NCBI GenBank assembly: GCA_963848295.1
Contig: CAWKDB010000010.1
Coordinates: forward strand, 4,320,001 to 4,384,000
DNA from: an uncultured delta proteobacterium
GTDB taxonomy: Bacteria; Myxococcota_A; Polyangia; Haliangiales; Haliangiaceae
Length of the DNA stretch: 64,000 bases
Direction: 5' to 3'
Shown: one piece after another, positions 51,993 through 61,891 of the stretch
Numbering within the stretch: the stretch's first letter is position 1
Layout of the letters: every line of letters begins with the position of its first letter
Program-made: the position numbers and the translations under genes
The notes under the pieces: model-generated
What the model was told of the DNA's origin: nothing
What the model saw: only the letters and a program-made list of their open reading frames with translations
Database searches by the model: none

Positions 51993-52787
51993 GTGCTCCG
52001 GGTCGTGATCAACGAAGTCGGCGAGCCCGCGCTGCCGCCGCTCGACGTCGAAGGCGAGCTCGTGATCGGCAGCGCGCCGACGGCGCAGGTCCGGCTGCCC
52101 GCGGAGGTCGCGCGCGGCGAGCACGTGCGCATCGATGCAACGGGCTGGCGTGCGATCGGAGAGGTGCGCGTCGCGGGTCAGCCCGCCGCGGGCGGCGCGA
52201 TCGGCGAGGGCGTCGTGCTCGAGCTCGGCCGCTACCGCGTCGCGATCGGCCCTGCACCCGAGGGCGCGATCGCGGCTTCGCCCCAGCGCACCGCGAGCCT
52301 AGCGCGCGAGCTCGTGCGCAGCTTGCTCGGCGCCGACGGCGCTCCGCAGCTCACGGTCGAGCGCGGCCCGATCGCCGGCGCGACTCGCGCGCTCGCGCCG
52401 CCGGAGTCGGCGCTCGTGATCGGTCGCGGCGACGAGGCGGGCTGGGTGATCGCGGACGCCGATCTGTCGCGCGCGCACACCGAGATCCGCCGCGGCTGGG
52501 ACGGCGTGCGCATCGCCGATCTCGGCTCGAAGAACGGGACGAAGCTCGACGGCGCGCGCGTCACCGATGCCGAGCTCCACGACGGCTCGCTGATCGAGCT
52601 CGGCAACCTCGCGCTGCGGTTTCGCGATCCGGCCGAACGCCATCTGCGGGGCGGCGCGGTCGCTGCGCAGCCATCGATCGCGCCGGCCGAGCCCGTGCAG
52701 CGTGCGCGCAGCGCCGCATTGTTCTACGTCGCGCTCGTGGTCGCCGCGCTCGCGGTCGTCGGTCTGATCGCGTTGCTCGTTCAGTGA
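51993..52787 (+). CDS. FHA-domain membrane protein
   Basis: IGRG...LSRAH...DLGSKNGT; C-terminal TM. Confidence 0.85.
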   Translation: MLRVVINEVGEPALPPLDVEGELVIGSAPTAQVRLPAEVARGEHVRIDATGWRAIGEVRVAGQPAAGGAIGEGVVLELGRYRVAIGPAPEGAIAASPQRTASLARELVRSLLGADGAPQLTVERGPIAGATRALAPPESALVIGRGDEAGWVIADADLSRAHTEIRRGWDGVRIADLGSKNGTKLDGARVTDAELHDGSLIELGNLALRFRDPAERHLRGGAVAAQPSIAPAEPVQRARSAALFYVALVVAALAVVGLIALLVQ

Positions 52788-53308
52788 TAGGCGTGCCATG
52801 GCGGTTCGTTGAAGCTCGCCTGCCACGCGCTCGCACACACGCCCGACGCGACGAGCTTGAAGTCGTCCTCGGCCGCAAACGGCCAATCGGTAGCGCCGAG
52901 GAAGTCCTCGAGCTCGGCGTGGGTCGGCGGCTTGTCGGAGAAGATCTCGTCCTCGAACCCTGGCGCATCGAACACCATCGAGCGCTGCCACAACGGACCG
53001 TCATCGGGGTGACGATAGAGGTGCGCGATCGTATAGTGCGGGCTCGATGCCCGGATCCACACGAGCGCCGAGTCGATGCGCAGCGGGCGGTCGTCGATCG
53101 TTTGCTGCCATGCGAGCACGCGGATCGCGATCACCTGCGTGGTCGGGGGCCTGTCGCGATCGAGGCTCGCCTGTGCCAGGTCGGCGAGATGCCAGTCCGC
53201 TGGTAGGCCGCAGTCGGTGCTGGCGACCGGCGTGGCCGCGACCCGATCGTGAACCGACGCGGGCGGCTGGGCGCCGCACGCCGCGAGCACGATCAGCAAG
53301 CGCCGCAC
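52781..53308 (-). CDS. Hypothetical lipoprotein
   Basis: MRRLLIVLAACG lipobox. Confidence 0.7.
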   Translation of the reverse strand: MRRLLIVLAACGAQPPASVHDRVAATPVASTDCGLPADWHLADLAQASLDRDRPPTTQVIAIRVLAWQQTIDDRPLRIDSALVWIRASSPHYTIAHLYRHPDDGPLWQRSMVFDAPGFEDEIFSDKPPTHAELEDFLGATDWPFAAEDDFKLVASGVCASAWQASFNEPPWHAYH

Positions 53309-53325
53309 GAGCGAAGCGTAGCAGC

Positions 53326-54369
53326 CTAGAACAGCGACAGCTGGCCGCCCCGCGCGGGGCGCTGGAACCGCGAAGGCATCGTCGCGCCGAGCCGTGCACC
53401 GTCACGCTCGCCGAGCGCGAGGCGCCTGACGGTCGTCTCGAACAACGCCGCGATCGTCTGCGCGTACACGCCTTCACCACTCCCGCGCGTCCCGAACCGC
53501 GAGTCGTAGAGCTTGTCGCCGCCGCGGGTCTCGCGGATGCGGTGCAGGATCTTGTCGGCGGCGAGCGGCAGCGCGACGCGCACGCGGTCCTCGAACACCT
53601 GCTTGACCGCGCCGGGGAGGCGCAGCAGGACCCAGCCCGCGCTCGTCGCCCCGGCCGACGCCGCCGACTCGAGCACGCGCACCATCTGATCGTCGTTGAG
53701 CCCGGGCATGATCGGCGCGCACATCACGCCGACCGACAGGCCCGCCTTCGCGAGCGTCTCGATCACTTTCAAGCGCCGCGCCGGTGCGGGCGCCCATGGC
53801 TCGATCTTGCGCGCGAGCTCGGCATCGGCGAACGCGAGGCTGACGCTGACGTGACAGCCGGCTTCGCGCGCGAGCTCGACGAGCAGCCCGACATCGCGCT
53901 CGATCAGCGCGCTCTTCGAGATGATCGCGACCGGGTTGCGATACTCGAGACAGACCTCGAGGCACTGCTTCGTCAGCTCGAGCTCGCGCTCGATCGCCTG
54001 ATAGCAATCGGTGACGCCGCTGAACATCACGAGCTCGCCCTTCCACGACGGCTTGTCGAACGCCGCGCGCAGCAGCTCCGCGGCCTTCGGCTTGACGACG
54101 ATCTTCGTGTCGAAGTCGGTGCCCGCGCCGAGATCGAGATACTCGTGCGTCGGCCGCGCGTAGCAGTAACTGCACGCATGGAGGCAACCTCGATATGGAT
54201 TCACGCTCCAGTCGAAGCCGAGGTCGGGCGAGTCGTTGTGCGCGAGGATCGAGCGCGAGTGATCCTCGAGGATCTTGATCGACGAGGGCGGCGGGCCGTC
54301 GCCGTCGTCGTAGCTGATGCGGACCTCGCGATACGGGCTCGGCGGATTCTCGGTCGGGCGAGACTTCAC
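53326..54369 (-). CDS. Radical SAM protein, PA0069/SplB-like DNA-repair-associated family
   Basis: NDSPDLGFDWSVNPYRGCLHACSYCYARPTHEYL, TDCYQ.IE, LRLP..V, QLSLF tail. Confidence 0.92.
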   Translation of the reverse strand: MKSRPTENPPSPYREVRISYDDGDGPPPSSIKILEDHSRSILAHNDSPDLGFDWSVNPYRGCLHACSYCYARPTHEYLDLGAGTDFDTKIVVKPKAAELLRAAFDKPSWKGELVMFSGVTDCYQAIERELELTKQCLEVCLEYRNPVAIISKSALIERDVGLLVELAREAGCHVSVSLAFADAELARKIEPWAPAPARRLKVIETLAKAGLSVGVMCAPIMPGLNDDQMVRVLESAASAGATSAGWVLLRLPGAVKQVFEDRVRVALPLAADKILHRIRETRGGDKLYDSRFGTRGSGEGVYAQTIAALFETTVRRLALGERDGARLGATMPSRFQRPARGGQLSLF

Positions 54370-54382
54370 GCCGGCGACTATA

Positions 54383-54399
54383 CTGATAATTTGTTCAGG
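54383..54399. promoter_or_regulatory. LexA (SOS) box, Myxococcus type
   Basis: CTGATAATTTGTTCAGG matches CTRHAMRYBYGTTCAGS at 16/17 positions and abuts the TATAGT -10 of the radical SAM gene. Confidence 0.75.
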
Positions 54400-55396
54400 T
54401 CGCTACTTCGTCGAGTCGCTTCATCAGACCGGGCGACAGCGGCGGCGCGGCGAGCACGGCGAGCGCCTCGGGGATGTGCTCGCGGCGGTGCAGCCGCGGC
54501 AGCGCGATCGCGCCGCGGTCGATCACCCAGCGCAGCGCGAGCTCGGCGACGGTCGTGCACTCGAGGCTCGCCGGCCGGAGCTTTAGCGCGCGCTCGAGCG
54601 CGGCGCTCGCGCCATCACTCGATCGCGCGGCCGGCGGCTCGCGCTTGACGAGCGCGGCGAGCTTCGCGGCGCCGATCGCGAGCGGCTCGAGGTCGAGCTC
54701 GGCGCGATCGTCGCGCGGCGGGAACCGGCGCCCCGGCCCGAGGTCACCGGCGAGCGCTCCGCCGGCGAGCGGCGCTCGCGCGAGCACCGCGAGCTTGCGC
54801 TCGAGCGCCGCGGTGATGATCGCGTCGCCGGCGCGCGAGCACACGTTCCAGATCAGGGCGATCGCCGACAGCCAGGGCTCGGTGACGATCGCCGCGTGCT
54901 CGGGATCGCCGGCGAACGGCACCGCGGCCCAGCGCAGGACCTTGCCTTCGCCGATCAGTCGCTGGCACGTGCCGACGAGCTCGGGCCACGGCGCTTGCGT
55001 GCGCCACGCCGAGCGCAGCCCGAGCGCGACGAGCGGCAGCGCCTCGAGCTTCGTCGCGCGCAATGACGCCTCGACGCACTCTTGCACGTAGCCGGCGGGT
55101 GGCACGGCGAGCGCGCGGCTCGGCAGCCCCGCGAGCTCGCGCACCGGCGGCACGCGACACATCGCGATCGCACGATCGCGCGCGCGCATCGTCCGGATCG
55201 CATCGCCGACGACCCGCTCCGCGTCGCTCTCGGCCGCGATCTCGATCACATCGATGCCGAGCTCGAGCGCCGAGCACAGCGCGGCCTCGACGGCGCCTCG
55301 ATCGACCCCGCGATCGGCCGAGCGTGCGAGGCTCACATCTCCGGAGCCGAGCGCCGGCACGCGAGGTCCGTCGGGTCCGAGCGTGATCGCGCGCAT
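54395..55396 (-). CDS. Aldo/keto reductase-fold protein (degenerate active site)
   Basis: LG.DGP.VPALG.G, ALELGI, AERVVG, VEASL, L..EGKV, PLAGG.L.G, AELALRW. Confidence 0.75.
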   Translation of the reverse strand: MRAITLGPDGPRVPALGSGDVSLARSADRGVDRGAVEAALCSALELGIDVIEIAAESDAERVVGDAIRTMRARDRAIAMCRVPPVRELAGLPSRALAVPPAGYVQECVEASLRATKLEALPLVALGLRSAWRTQAPWPELVGTCQRLIGEGKVLRWAAVPFAGDPEHAAIVTEPWLSAIALIWNVCSRAGDAIITAALERKLAVLARAPLAGGALAGDLGPGRRFPPRDDRAELDLEPLAIGAAKLAALVKREPPAARSSDGASAALERALKLRPASLECTTVAELALRWVIDRGAIALPRLHRREHIPEALAVLAAPPLSPGLMKRLDEVAT

Positions 55397-55467
55397 CGTC
55401 GGAACACATGTACCACCGACGTTCGCAAGCCGACCACTCGCGATCACTATTCGTCTATGATGCGGTC

Positions 55468-56868
55468 ATGCGCGCCTACCTTGCTTTATTGCTAGCGGTC
55501 GTCGCCTGCGGCGACGACTCTAACCACGGCCTGCCGGACGCTCCGCCGGGGATCGATAGCCCGCTGCCGATCGATGGCGCGCTGCCGACCGTGTCGGTCA
55601 CGGTGTCGCTGCTGGGAGTGCCGCAGAGCGGCGTCCCGGTGTACTTCCTCAATCAAGACTCGACCGTCGTGTCGAGCACGACGACCGATGCCGGCGGCAC
55701 CGCCTCGGCGATGATGATGGCCGGCGGCTCGGTCACCGTGCTCGCGCCTGCCGAGCTGACGGCGACGGCATCGACCGAGATCTACACGTGGGAAGCGGTG
55801 CGCGGCGGCGACATGCTCCAGCTCCCGCTCGACGCGCCGTCGGTCGCGGCGACCGCGACGATCACGGTCACGATCCCGGTCGACGGGGCGGCGGTCGGCT
55901 ACACGCTGTACAGCGCGTGCGCGGACCCGACGGAGCTAACCACCGATGGCAACAACACGGTGACGCTGGCGAACTGCGGCGCGACGACCGACTTGCTCGC
56001 GGTCGCCTCCGACGGCAGCGGCGCACCGCTGGACGAGATCTTCGTGCCGGCCGCGGCGGTCGCCGACGGCGATACCGTCGCATTCGCCGGCCCGTACACC
56101 GCGATCGGCCAGACGACGTACAGCTACACGAACGTCGGCGCCGATGTCGAGAGCGTCCAGACGATGGAGGAGCTCGCGACGAACGCGGGCGTGTTGTACG
56201 GCGGGCAGGTCACCGACACGCTCACGACCGGCGCCGCGACCGGGATGCAGCCGTTTCCGACCGCCACCGGATCGATCGACATCTTCGAGACCCAGTTCAA
56301 CCCGACCGTGGACGCGATCGGGGAGCTCGCCACGCTCGAGTGGGGCTCGGCGAACGCCGCGTATGCGCTCGACGTCTCGACCCTGGCGCTGCCCGAGTAC
56401 GCGACCGCTCCTGCCGTGACGGCGGCGACCCACAAGGTGGAGTGGACCGAGAACATCGGCGGCCAGACACCGGACTTCACGTGGGTGACGTTCGACGTGA
56501 CCCGCGAGGGCGCGGCAATCCCGAGCTGGACGTGGCGAATCATCGACTCGCATCCACCGAACGATCAGATCACGATTCCGACGCTGCCGACCGACATCTT
56601 CGACTACAACCCGAACGACACCGACACGACGCAGGTCGACCAGCTCACCACCGGCAAGCTGCCGGGTGGCTACGACGTGATCCGGCCGATCGTCTACGAG
56701 CTCGAGCAGGGCCCCGAGGTGCTCATCACGGGTGGCAGCGGCTCGATCTCGTTTCAGGATCTCGCGCCCGGGCCGGTCGTCTCGGGCGTCCGCGCGCTGC
56801 GCACCCCATTCCAGCTGCACCACGGGCCGGCGACGTCGCCCGCGAAGCGCGTTCGCGCGAGGTGGTAG
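55468..56868 (+). CDS. Thr-rich hypothetical lipoprotein
   Basis: MRAYLALLLAVVACG lipobox; beta-rich T/D/G composition. Confidence 0.8.
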   Translation: MRAYLALLLAVVACGDDSNHGLPDAPPGIDSPLPIDGALPTVSVTVSLLGVPQSGVPVYFLNQDSTVVSSTTTDAGGTASAMMMAGGSVTVLAPAELTATASTEIYTWEAVRGGDMLQLPLDAPSVAATATITVTIPVDGAAVGYTLYSACADPTELTTDGNNTVTLANCGATTDLLAVASDGSGAPLDEIFVPAAAVADGDTVAFAGPYTAIGQTTYSYTNVGADVESVQTMEELATNAGVLYGGQVTDTLTTGAATGMQPFPTATGSIDIFETQFNPTVDAIGELATLEWGSANAAYALDVSTLALPEYATAPAVTAATHKVEWTENIGGQTPDFTWVTFDVTREGAAIPSWTWRIIDSHPPNDQITIPTLPTDIFDYNPNDTDTTQVDQLTTGKLPGGYDVIRPIVYELEQGPEVLITGGSGSISFQDLAPGPVVSGVRALRTPFQLHHGPATSPAKRVRARW

Positions 56869-56921
56869 GACGGCCGAGCGGTCGGGTCCACGCCGCCTCG
56901 TGCTGAGGTAGTCTCCGACGA

Positions 56922-59120
56922 ATGGTCAACCAGCCGCGCGCGAATGCGGTCGGCACGTCGCTGCCGCGAGTCGACGGCGTGGCGAAGGTCACGGGCCGCG
57001 CCGCGTACCTCGATGACTACGATCTGACCGGCGTGATGCACGGCATGACCGTGCGCTCGACCGTGCCGTACGGCGTGCTCGAGGCGATCGAGCGCGATCC
57101 GGCGTTCGATTGGTCGGACATCGTCGTCGTCACCGCGGCGGACATCACCGGCAGGAACGTCGTGTTGTTGATCGAGGACGATCAGCCGGCGCTCGTGCCG
57201 ATCGGCGGCAAGGTGATGCACGTCGACGAGGCGATCGCGCTGGTCGCGGCGCCGACGCGCGCGCGGGCGATGGCCGCGGCCGCCGCGGTCCAGCCGAAGA
57301 TCCGCACGTTGCCGCCGGTGCTCACGATGGACGCCTCGCTCGCCGCCGGCACGAAGCTCTACGCCGACACGAACGTCTACAAAGAATTCCTGATCCGCAA
57401 AGGCCACGCGACCGACGCCGAGCTCGAGGCGGCGGTCGCCGGGGCGTTCGAGGTGATCGAAGGCACGTACGACACGCCGGCGCAGGAGCAGATGTACATC
57501 GAGCCACAGGCGATGCAGGCCGAGTGGCGCGACGGTCGCTGTCACATCGTCGGCTCGATGCAGTGCCCGTTCTACGTGCACAAGGCGATGAAGGCGCTGC
57601 TCGCGTGCGGCCCCGACGATGTCATCATCGCGCAGTCGGTGACCGGCGGCGGGTTCGGCGGCAAGGAGGAGTATCCGTCGATGCTCGCGGCCCACGTCGC
57701 GTTGCTCGCGCGGCGGGCGGGCAAGCCGGTGCGGATCGTCTACGACCGCGACGAGGACATCGCCGCGACGACGAAGCGCCATCCCTCGCGCGTTCACCAT
57801 CGCCTCGCGGTCGACGCGAAGGGCGAGCCGATCGCGATCGACGTCGACGTCCTGATGGACGGCGGCGCGTATCTCACGCTGTCGCCCGTCGTGCTGTCGC
57901 GCGGCGTGTTGCATGCCGCCGGGCCCTATCGCTGCCCGGTCACGCGGATTCGCGGGCGGGTCGTCGCGACCAATCATCCGCCGCACGGCGCGTTCCGCGG
58001 TTTCGGTGCGCCGCAGACCACGTTCGCGTACGAGCGCCAGCTCCAGAAGCTCGCGCTCTCGCGGTCCGAAGATCCGCTCGCGTTGCGCAGCCGACTCGCG
58101 CTGCGCGCCGGCGATACGACCGCGACGGGCCAGCTGCTCGGCGCGTCGGTCGGCACCGACGAGGTGATCGGCGCGATCGAGCGCGTCGCCGGACCTCGCC
58201 CGGCGAAGTCGGGCACTCGCGAGACGCCGGCCGGAACGGTCGCCGTGCGCCGCGGACGTGGCGTGGCGTTCTACTTTCACGGCGCCGGGTTCACCGGCTC
58301 GGGCGAACAACGGCTCGCCGGCCGCTGCACCGTCGCGGCGATGCCGGGCGGTCGGTTCGAGGTGCGATCGAGCTCGACCGACATCGGCCAGGGCGCGATC
58401 ACGATCTTCGTGCAGCTCGCGGCGCAGGCGCTCGGCGTCGACCCGAGCCTCGTCACCGTCATCGATCCGCAGACCGACAAGGTCCCCGATAGCGGCCCGA
58501 CGGTCGCGAGCCGCACCGCGATGGTCGTCGGCGGGCTCGTCGAGCGAGCCGCGCGCGAGGTGCGCGAGCGAATCGCGGCGGGCGAGGCGCTGCCGGTCGT
58601 GACGAAGCAGTACGAGCCGCCGCCCGGCATCGCGTGGGACGACGAAACCTACACCGGCGCGGCGTACCCGGTGTTTGGCTGGGCCGCGTGCCTCATCGAT
58701 ATCTCGGTCGATCTCGACAGCCTCGAGGTCCAGGTCGATCGCTGCGTTCACGCGGTCGATGTCGGCAAGGCGATCAACCCGGTGATCGTCAAGGGGCAGA
58801 TCGAAGGCGGCACGCTGCAGGCGCTCGGCTGGGCGCTGCTCGAGAACATCGTGTACAAGGACGGCCGCGTCGCGAACGCCAGCATGACGAACTGCATCGT
58901 GCCGACGTTCGCCGACGCCCCCGAGATCGAGACCGTGATCGTCGAAGTGCCGTATCCGTTCGGACCGTCCGGCGCGAAGGGCGTCGGCGAGATTCCGATG
59001 GATGGTCCGGCCGCCGCGGTCGCGAACGCGGTCGAGGACGCGCTCGGCTGCGCGTTCGATGCGATTCCGATCTCGCCCGAGGTCGTCGCGGCGAGTCGGC
59101 CGAGGTGGAGCAAGCTGTGA
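56922..59120 (+). CDS. Xanthine dehydrogenase family molybdopterin-binding subunit
   Basis: KVTGRA.Y, GGGFGGK, AFRGFGAPQ, DIGQG, TVASR, GQIEGG, GAKGVGE. Confidence 0.95.
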   Translation: MVNQPRANAVGTSLPRVDGVAKVTGRAAYLDDYDLTGVMHGMTVRSTVPYGVLEAIERDPAFDWSDIVVVTAADITGRNVVLLIEDDQPALVPIGGKVMHVDEAIALVAAPTRARAMAAAAAVQPKIRTLPPVLTMDASLAAGTKLYADTNVYKEFLIRKGHATDAELEAAVAGAFEVIEGTYDTPAQEQMYIEPQAMQAEWRDGRCHIVGSMQCPFYVHKAMKALLACGPDDVIIAQSVTGGGFGGKEEYPSMLAAHVALLARRAGKPVRIVYDRDEDIAATTKRHPSRVHHRLAVDAKGEPIAIDVDVLMDGGAYLTLSPVVLSRGVLHAAGPYRCPVTRIRGRVVATNHPPHGAFRGFGAPQTTFAYERQLQKLALSRSEDPLALRSRLALRAGDTTATGQLLGASVGTDEVIGAIERVAGPRPAKSGTRETPAGTVAVRRGRGVAFYFHGAGFTGSGEQRLAGRCTVAAMPGGRFEVRSSSTDIGQGAITIFVQLAAQALGVDPSLVTVIDPQTDKVPDSGPTVASRTAMVVGGLVERAAREVRERIAAGEALPVVTKQYEPPPGIAWDDETYTGAAYPVFGWAACLIDISVDLDSLEVQVDRCVHAVDVGKAINPVIVKGQIEGGTLQALGWALLENIVYKDGRVANASMTNCIVPTFADAPEIETVIVEVPYPFGPSGAKGVGEIPMDGPAAAVANAVEDALGCAFDAIPISPEVVAASRPRWSKL

Positions 59121-59614
59121 GCGTCCGGAGCATCGCGATCACCGTCAACGGCGAGCGCCGCGAGGTCCAGGCCTCGCCGTGGAAGCGCTTGCTCGACGTG
59201 CTGCGCGAGGAGCTGCGGCTGACCGGCACGAAGGAGGGTTGCGGCGAAGGCGAGTGCGGCGCGTGCACGGTGCTGCTCGACGGCGAGCCGGTGAACTCGT
59301 GCCTCGTCGCGGTCGGCCAGTGCGCGGATCGCGCGGTGACCACGGTCGAAGGGCTCGCGACCGGCGAGGTGTTACACGCGGTGCAGCGCGCGCTCGTCGC
59401 GTGCGGCGGCGCGCAGTGCGGCATCTGCACGCCGGGCATCGCGGTGTGCGCCTCGCACGTCGTCGATCGCGGCCTCATCACCGGCGTGCCCGACGTCGAG
59501 GCGCGTGCCGTCGTCCGCGAGCTGCTCGCCGGCAACATCTGCCGCTGCACCGGCTATCAGCTGATCGTCGACGCCGTGATCGCTGCGGCGCGCGAGACGG
59601 AAGCCGCGCGGTGA
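59117..59614 (+). CDS. Xanthine dehydrogenase family 2Fe-2S subunit
   Basis: GTKEGCGEGECGACTV, NSCL, QCGICTPG, GNICRCTGY; GTGA overlap. Confidence 0.95.
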   Translation: MSVRSIAITVNGERREVQASPWKRLLDVLREELRLTGTKEGCGEGECGACTVLLDGEPVNSCLVAVGQCADRAVTTVEGLATGEVLHAVQRALVACGGAQCGICTPGIAVCASHVVDRGLITGVPDVEARAVVRELLAGNICRCTGYQLIVDAVIAAARETEAAR

Positions 59615-60462
59615 CCGAGTACGCCCGGCCGCGCGATCTCGACGAGGCGCTCGCGCTGCGCGCCCAGCACGCGGATTGGATGGTGCTCGCGGGCGCGACC
59701 GACTTGATGGTCAGCGCGAATCGCAAGGCGGTGCCGGTCGGCATCCTCGATCTGTGGCGGCTGCCCGGGCTCGGTGGCATTGCCGTCGAGCGTGGGGTCG
59801 CCTGCAGCGAGCTCGTGATCGGCGCGGGCGCGACGTGGCTCGAGGTAGAGCGCGCCGCGGTGATCCTCGAGTCGAGCTGGCGGCCGCTCGCGCTCGCCGC
59901 GCGCGAGATCGGGGCGCTCCAGATCCAGGCGCGCGCGACGCTCGGCGGCAACGTCGGCACGTCGTCGCCGGTCGGCGATAGCTTGCCGGTATTGCTCGCG
60001 CTCGACGCCGAGCTCGAGGTCGCGTCGGTGCGCGGTCGGCGTCGCGTGCCATATCGCGAGTGGTGCACCGGCTATCGCAAGACGCAGCTCGCGGCCGACG
60101 AGCTGATCATCGCGGCGCACTTTCCCGAGCTCGACAAAGCGACGCACACGACGTGGCGCAAGGTCGGCACGCGGCGCGCGCAATCGATCTCGAAGGTGAT
60201 GGGCGCGGCCGCGATCACGGTCGAAGGCGGCATCGTCACCGATGCGCGGATCGCGCTCGGCGCGGTCGCCGATCGGCCGATCCGGATCACCGCGGTCGAG
60301 TCGGCGGTGCGCGGCGTGCCGCTGTCGCTCGCGCCCGATGCCGCGCGCGCGGCGATGCGGACAGCGATCAAGCCGATCGACGATCTTCGCTCGACCGCGG
60401 TGTATCGACGAGAGGTCGCCGAGAACGTGGTGGCGCGGTTTCTCTCGGGCATACTCTCGTAA
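59611..60462 (+). CDS. Xanthine dehydrogenase family FAD-binding subunit
   Basis: LAGATDL, IGA.AT, QIQARATLGGN, SP.GD, PIDDLRSTA.YR; GTGA overlap. Confidence 0.93.
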   Translation: MTEYARPRDLDEALALRAQHADWMVLAGATDLMVSANRKAVPVGILDLWRLPGLGGIAVERGVACSELVIGAGATWLEVERAAVILESSWRPLALAAREIGALQIQARATLGGNVGTSSPVGDSLPVLLALDAELEVASVRGRRRVPYREWCTGYRKTQLAADELIIAAHFPELDKATHTTWRKVGTRRAQSISKVMGAAAITVEGGIVTDARIALGAVADRPIRITAVESAVRGVPLSLAPDAARAAMRTAIKPIDDLRSTAVYRREVAENVVARFLSGILS

Positions 60463-60464
60463 TC

Positions 60465-61763
60465 GTGCCGTCGGATTCCGATGACGAGGTAGACGACAAG
60501 GCCGCGGCTCCCGAGCCCGTCGCCAAGGACGACTCGGCACCGATCGCGAGCGGTGCGGTGAAAGTCGCGCGCGGGGCCGACGCGACTGGACCGACCGAGA
60601 TGCCGGGGTCGCGCAGCAAGCGGATCTCGACCGCGGTCCAGGACGTCGTGTCGGGCGGCGTCGAAGTCCTCGGCACCGGCATGAACAAGCTCGGCGAAGG
60701 CGTGACCCGGCTCGGCGACGTGCTGCCGATCGTCGGCGGCCCGGTCTCGAAGATCGGCGAGGGCCTGTCGAAGGCCGGCGAAGCGGTCAACGTGTTTCCG
60801 AAAGTCGCCCAGACCCGGCGCGGTCGCGTGCTCGTGCGCAGCGTCATCGTCGGGTTCGCGGTCGTAGCCGCGTGGATCGCGGCGATCGTCGGTTGGAACT
60901 ACAGCGAGAACGATCTTCCGGACTTCCGGCCGGCGGCCGAGCACATCCTCGGCGAGATCAGCAAGGGCTCCGACGCGATCGGCAACGTCTACGAGAAGGC
61001 ATCGCCGCGCTTCCAGGAGATGGTCCGCAAGGAGCGGTTCGTCGACGACTACACCGACATGAACGCGACGCTCGGCAAGTTCCGCGAGGTCACCGCGATC
61101 AACGGCACGCTCGTCACCACGGGCACGACCGGCCGCGTCGGTCGGGTGTCGCTGACCGCGTCGTACGACAAGGGGATCTGTCGCGGCTCGATCAGCTTTC
61201 ACTACGACCAGGGCGAATGGAAGTTGCTCGGGATCAGCGTCGAGGTGCCGCCCGAGCTCAAGATCACGCAGGCCCAGCGCGAGGATCGAGTCAAGGCGTG
61301 CGCCGATCCGATGGATCCGGTGAAGTGCGATGTTCACGTCGTCGCGAACACGATCCTCAAGCAGCTACGCGACGGCGAGGGCGGCGAGGTCTGGGACAAC
61401 GCGACCCCGGTGTTTCAACAGCAGGTCACGCGCACGAAGTTCATCGCGTTGCAAGACGAGCACAACGCCGCGCTCGGAAGTTATCGCCGGATCGTCTCGG
61501 TGACCGAGGCGAAGGTGATCGGCGGGACCTCGGCGACGTTCGACGTGCTCGCGGAGTTCGAGCGATCGAGCGCGGTGCGCGTCGTGTTCGCGTTCTACCG
61601 CGGCACGAAGACGTCGGAGTGGAAGCTGCGCAGCATGAAGATCGTGCTGCCGATGCCGCGCGCCGACGACGAGCTGCAGCAGCGCGTGACGCCTCCGGTG
61701 ACGCCACCCGCGCACGACGCGGCAGGTGACGCAGGTGTTACAGCGCCGGACGCGAAGCGCTGA
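60465..61763 (+). CDS. Single-pass membrane protein with two repeated periplasmic domains (DUF3887/DUF4019-like)
   Basis: One TM; two units Y/W..A.P.FQ..V....F......LG..R ... W.L. Confidence 0.7.
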   Translation: MPSDSDDEVDDKAAAPEPVAKDDSAPIASGAVKVARGADATGPTEMPGSRSKRISTAVQDVVSGGVEVLGTGMNKLGEGVTRLGDVLPIVGGPVSKIGEGLSKAGEAVNVFPKVAQTRRGRVLVRSVIVGFAVVAAWIAAIVGWNYSENDLPDFRPAAEHILGEISKGSDAIGNVYEKASPRFQEMVRKERFVDDYTDMNATLGKFREVTAINGTLVTTGTTGRVGRVSLTASYDKGICRGSISFHYDQGEWKLLGISVEVPPELKITQAQREDRVKACADPMDPVKCDVHVVANTILKQLRDGEGGEVWDNATPVFQQQVTRTKFIALQDEHNAALGSYRRIVSVTEAKVIGGTSATFDVLAEFERSSAVRVVFAFYRGTKTSEWKLRSMKIVLPMPRADDELQQRVTPPVTPPAHDAAGDAGVTAPDAKR

Positions 61764-61863
61764 GCGTCCGACTACGACAGCCGTCTGACGGGGTGGTCGT
61801 TATCGCACGGGGACCGCGACAGACGAACGTGAGGTTTTCAGTGGTTCGACCAATCGGCGTGGC

Positions 61864-61879
61864 GGGCATGGAACGTGCT
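61864..61879 (+). promoter_or_regulatory. Candidate sigma54 promoter
   Basis: GGGCATGGAACGTGCT = GG-N10-GC; the -12 C lies 14 nt before ATG61892. Confidence 0.45.
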
Positions 61880-61891
61880 GAAGACGTCGCC

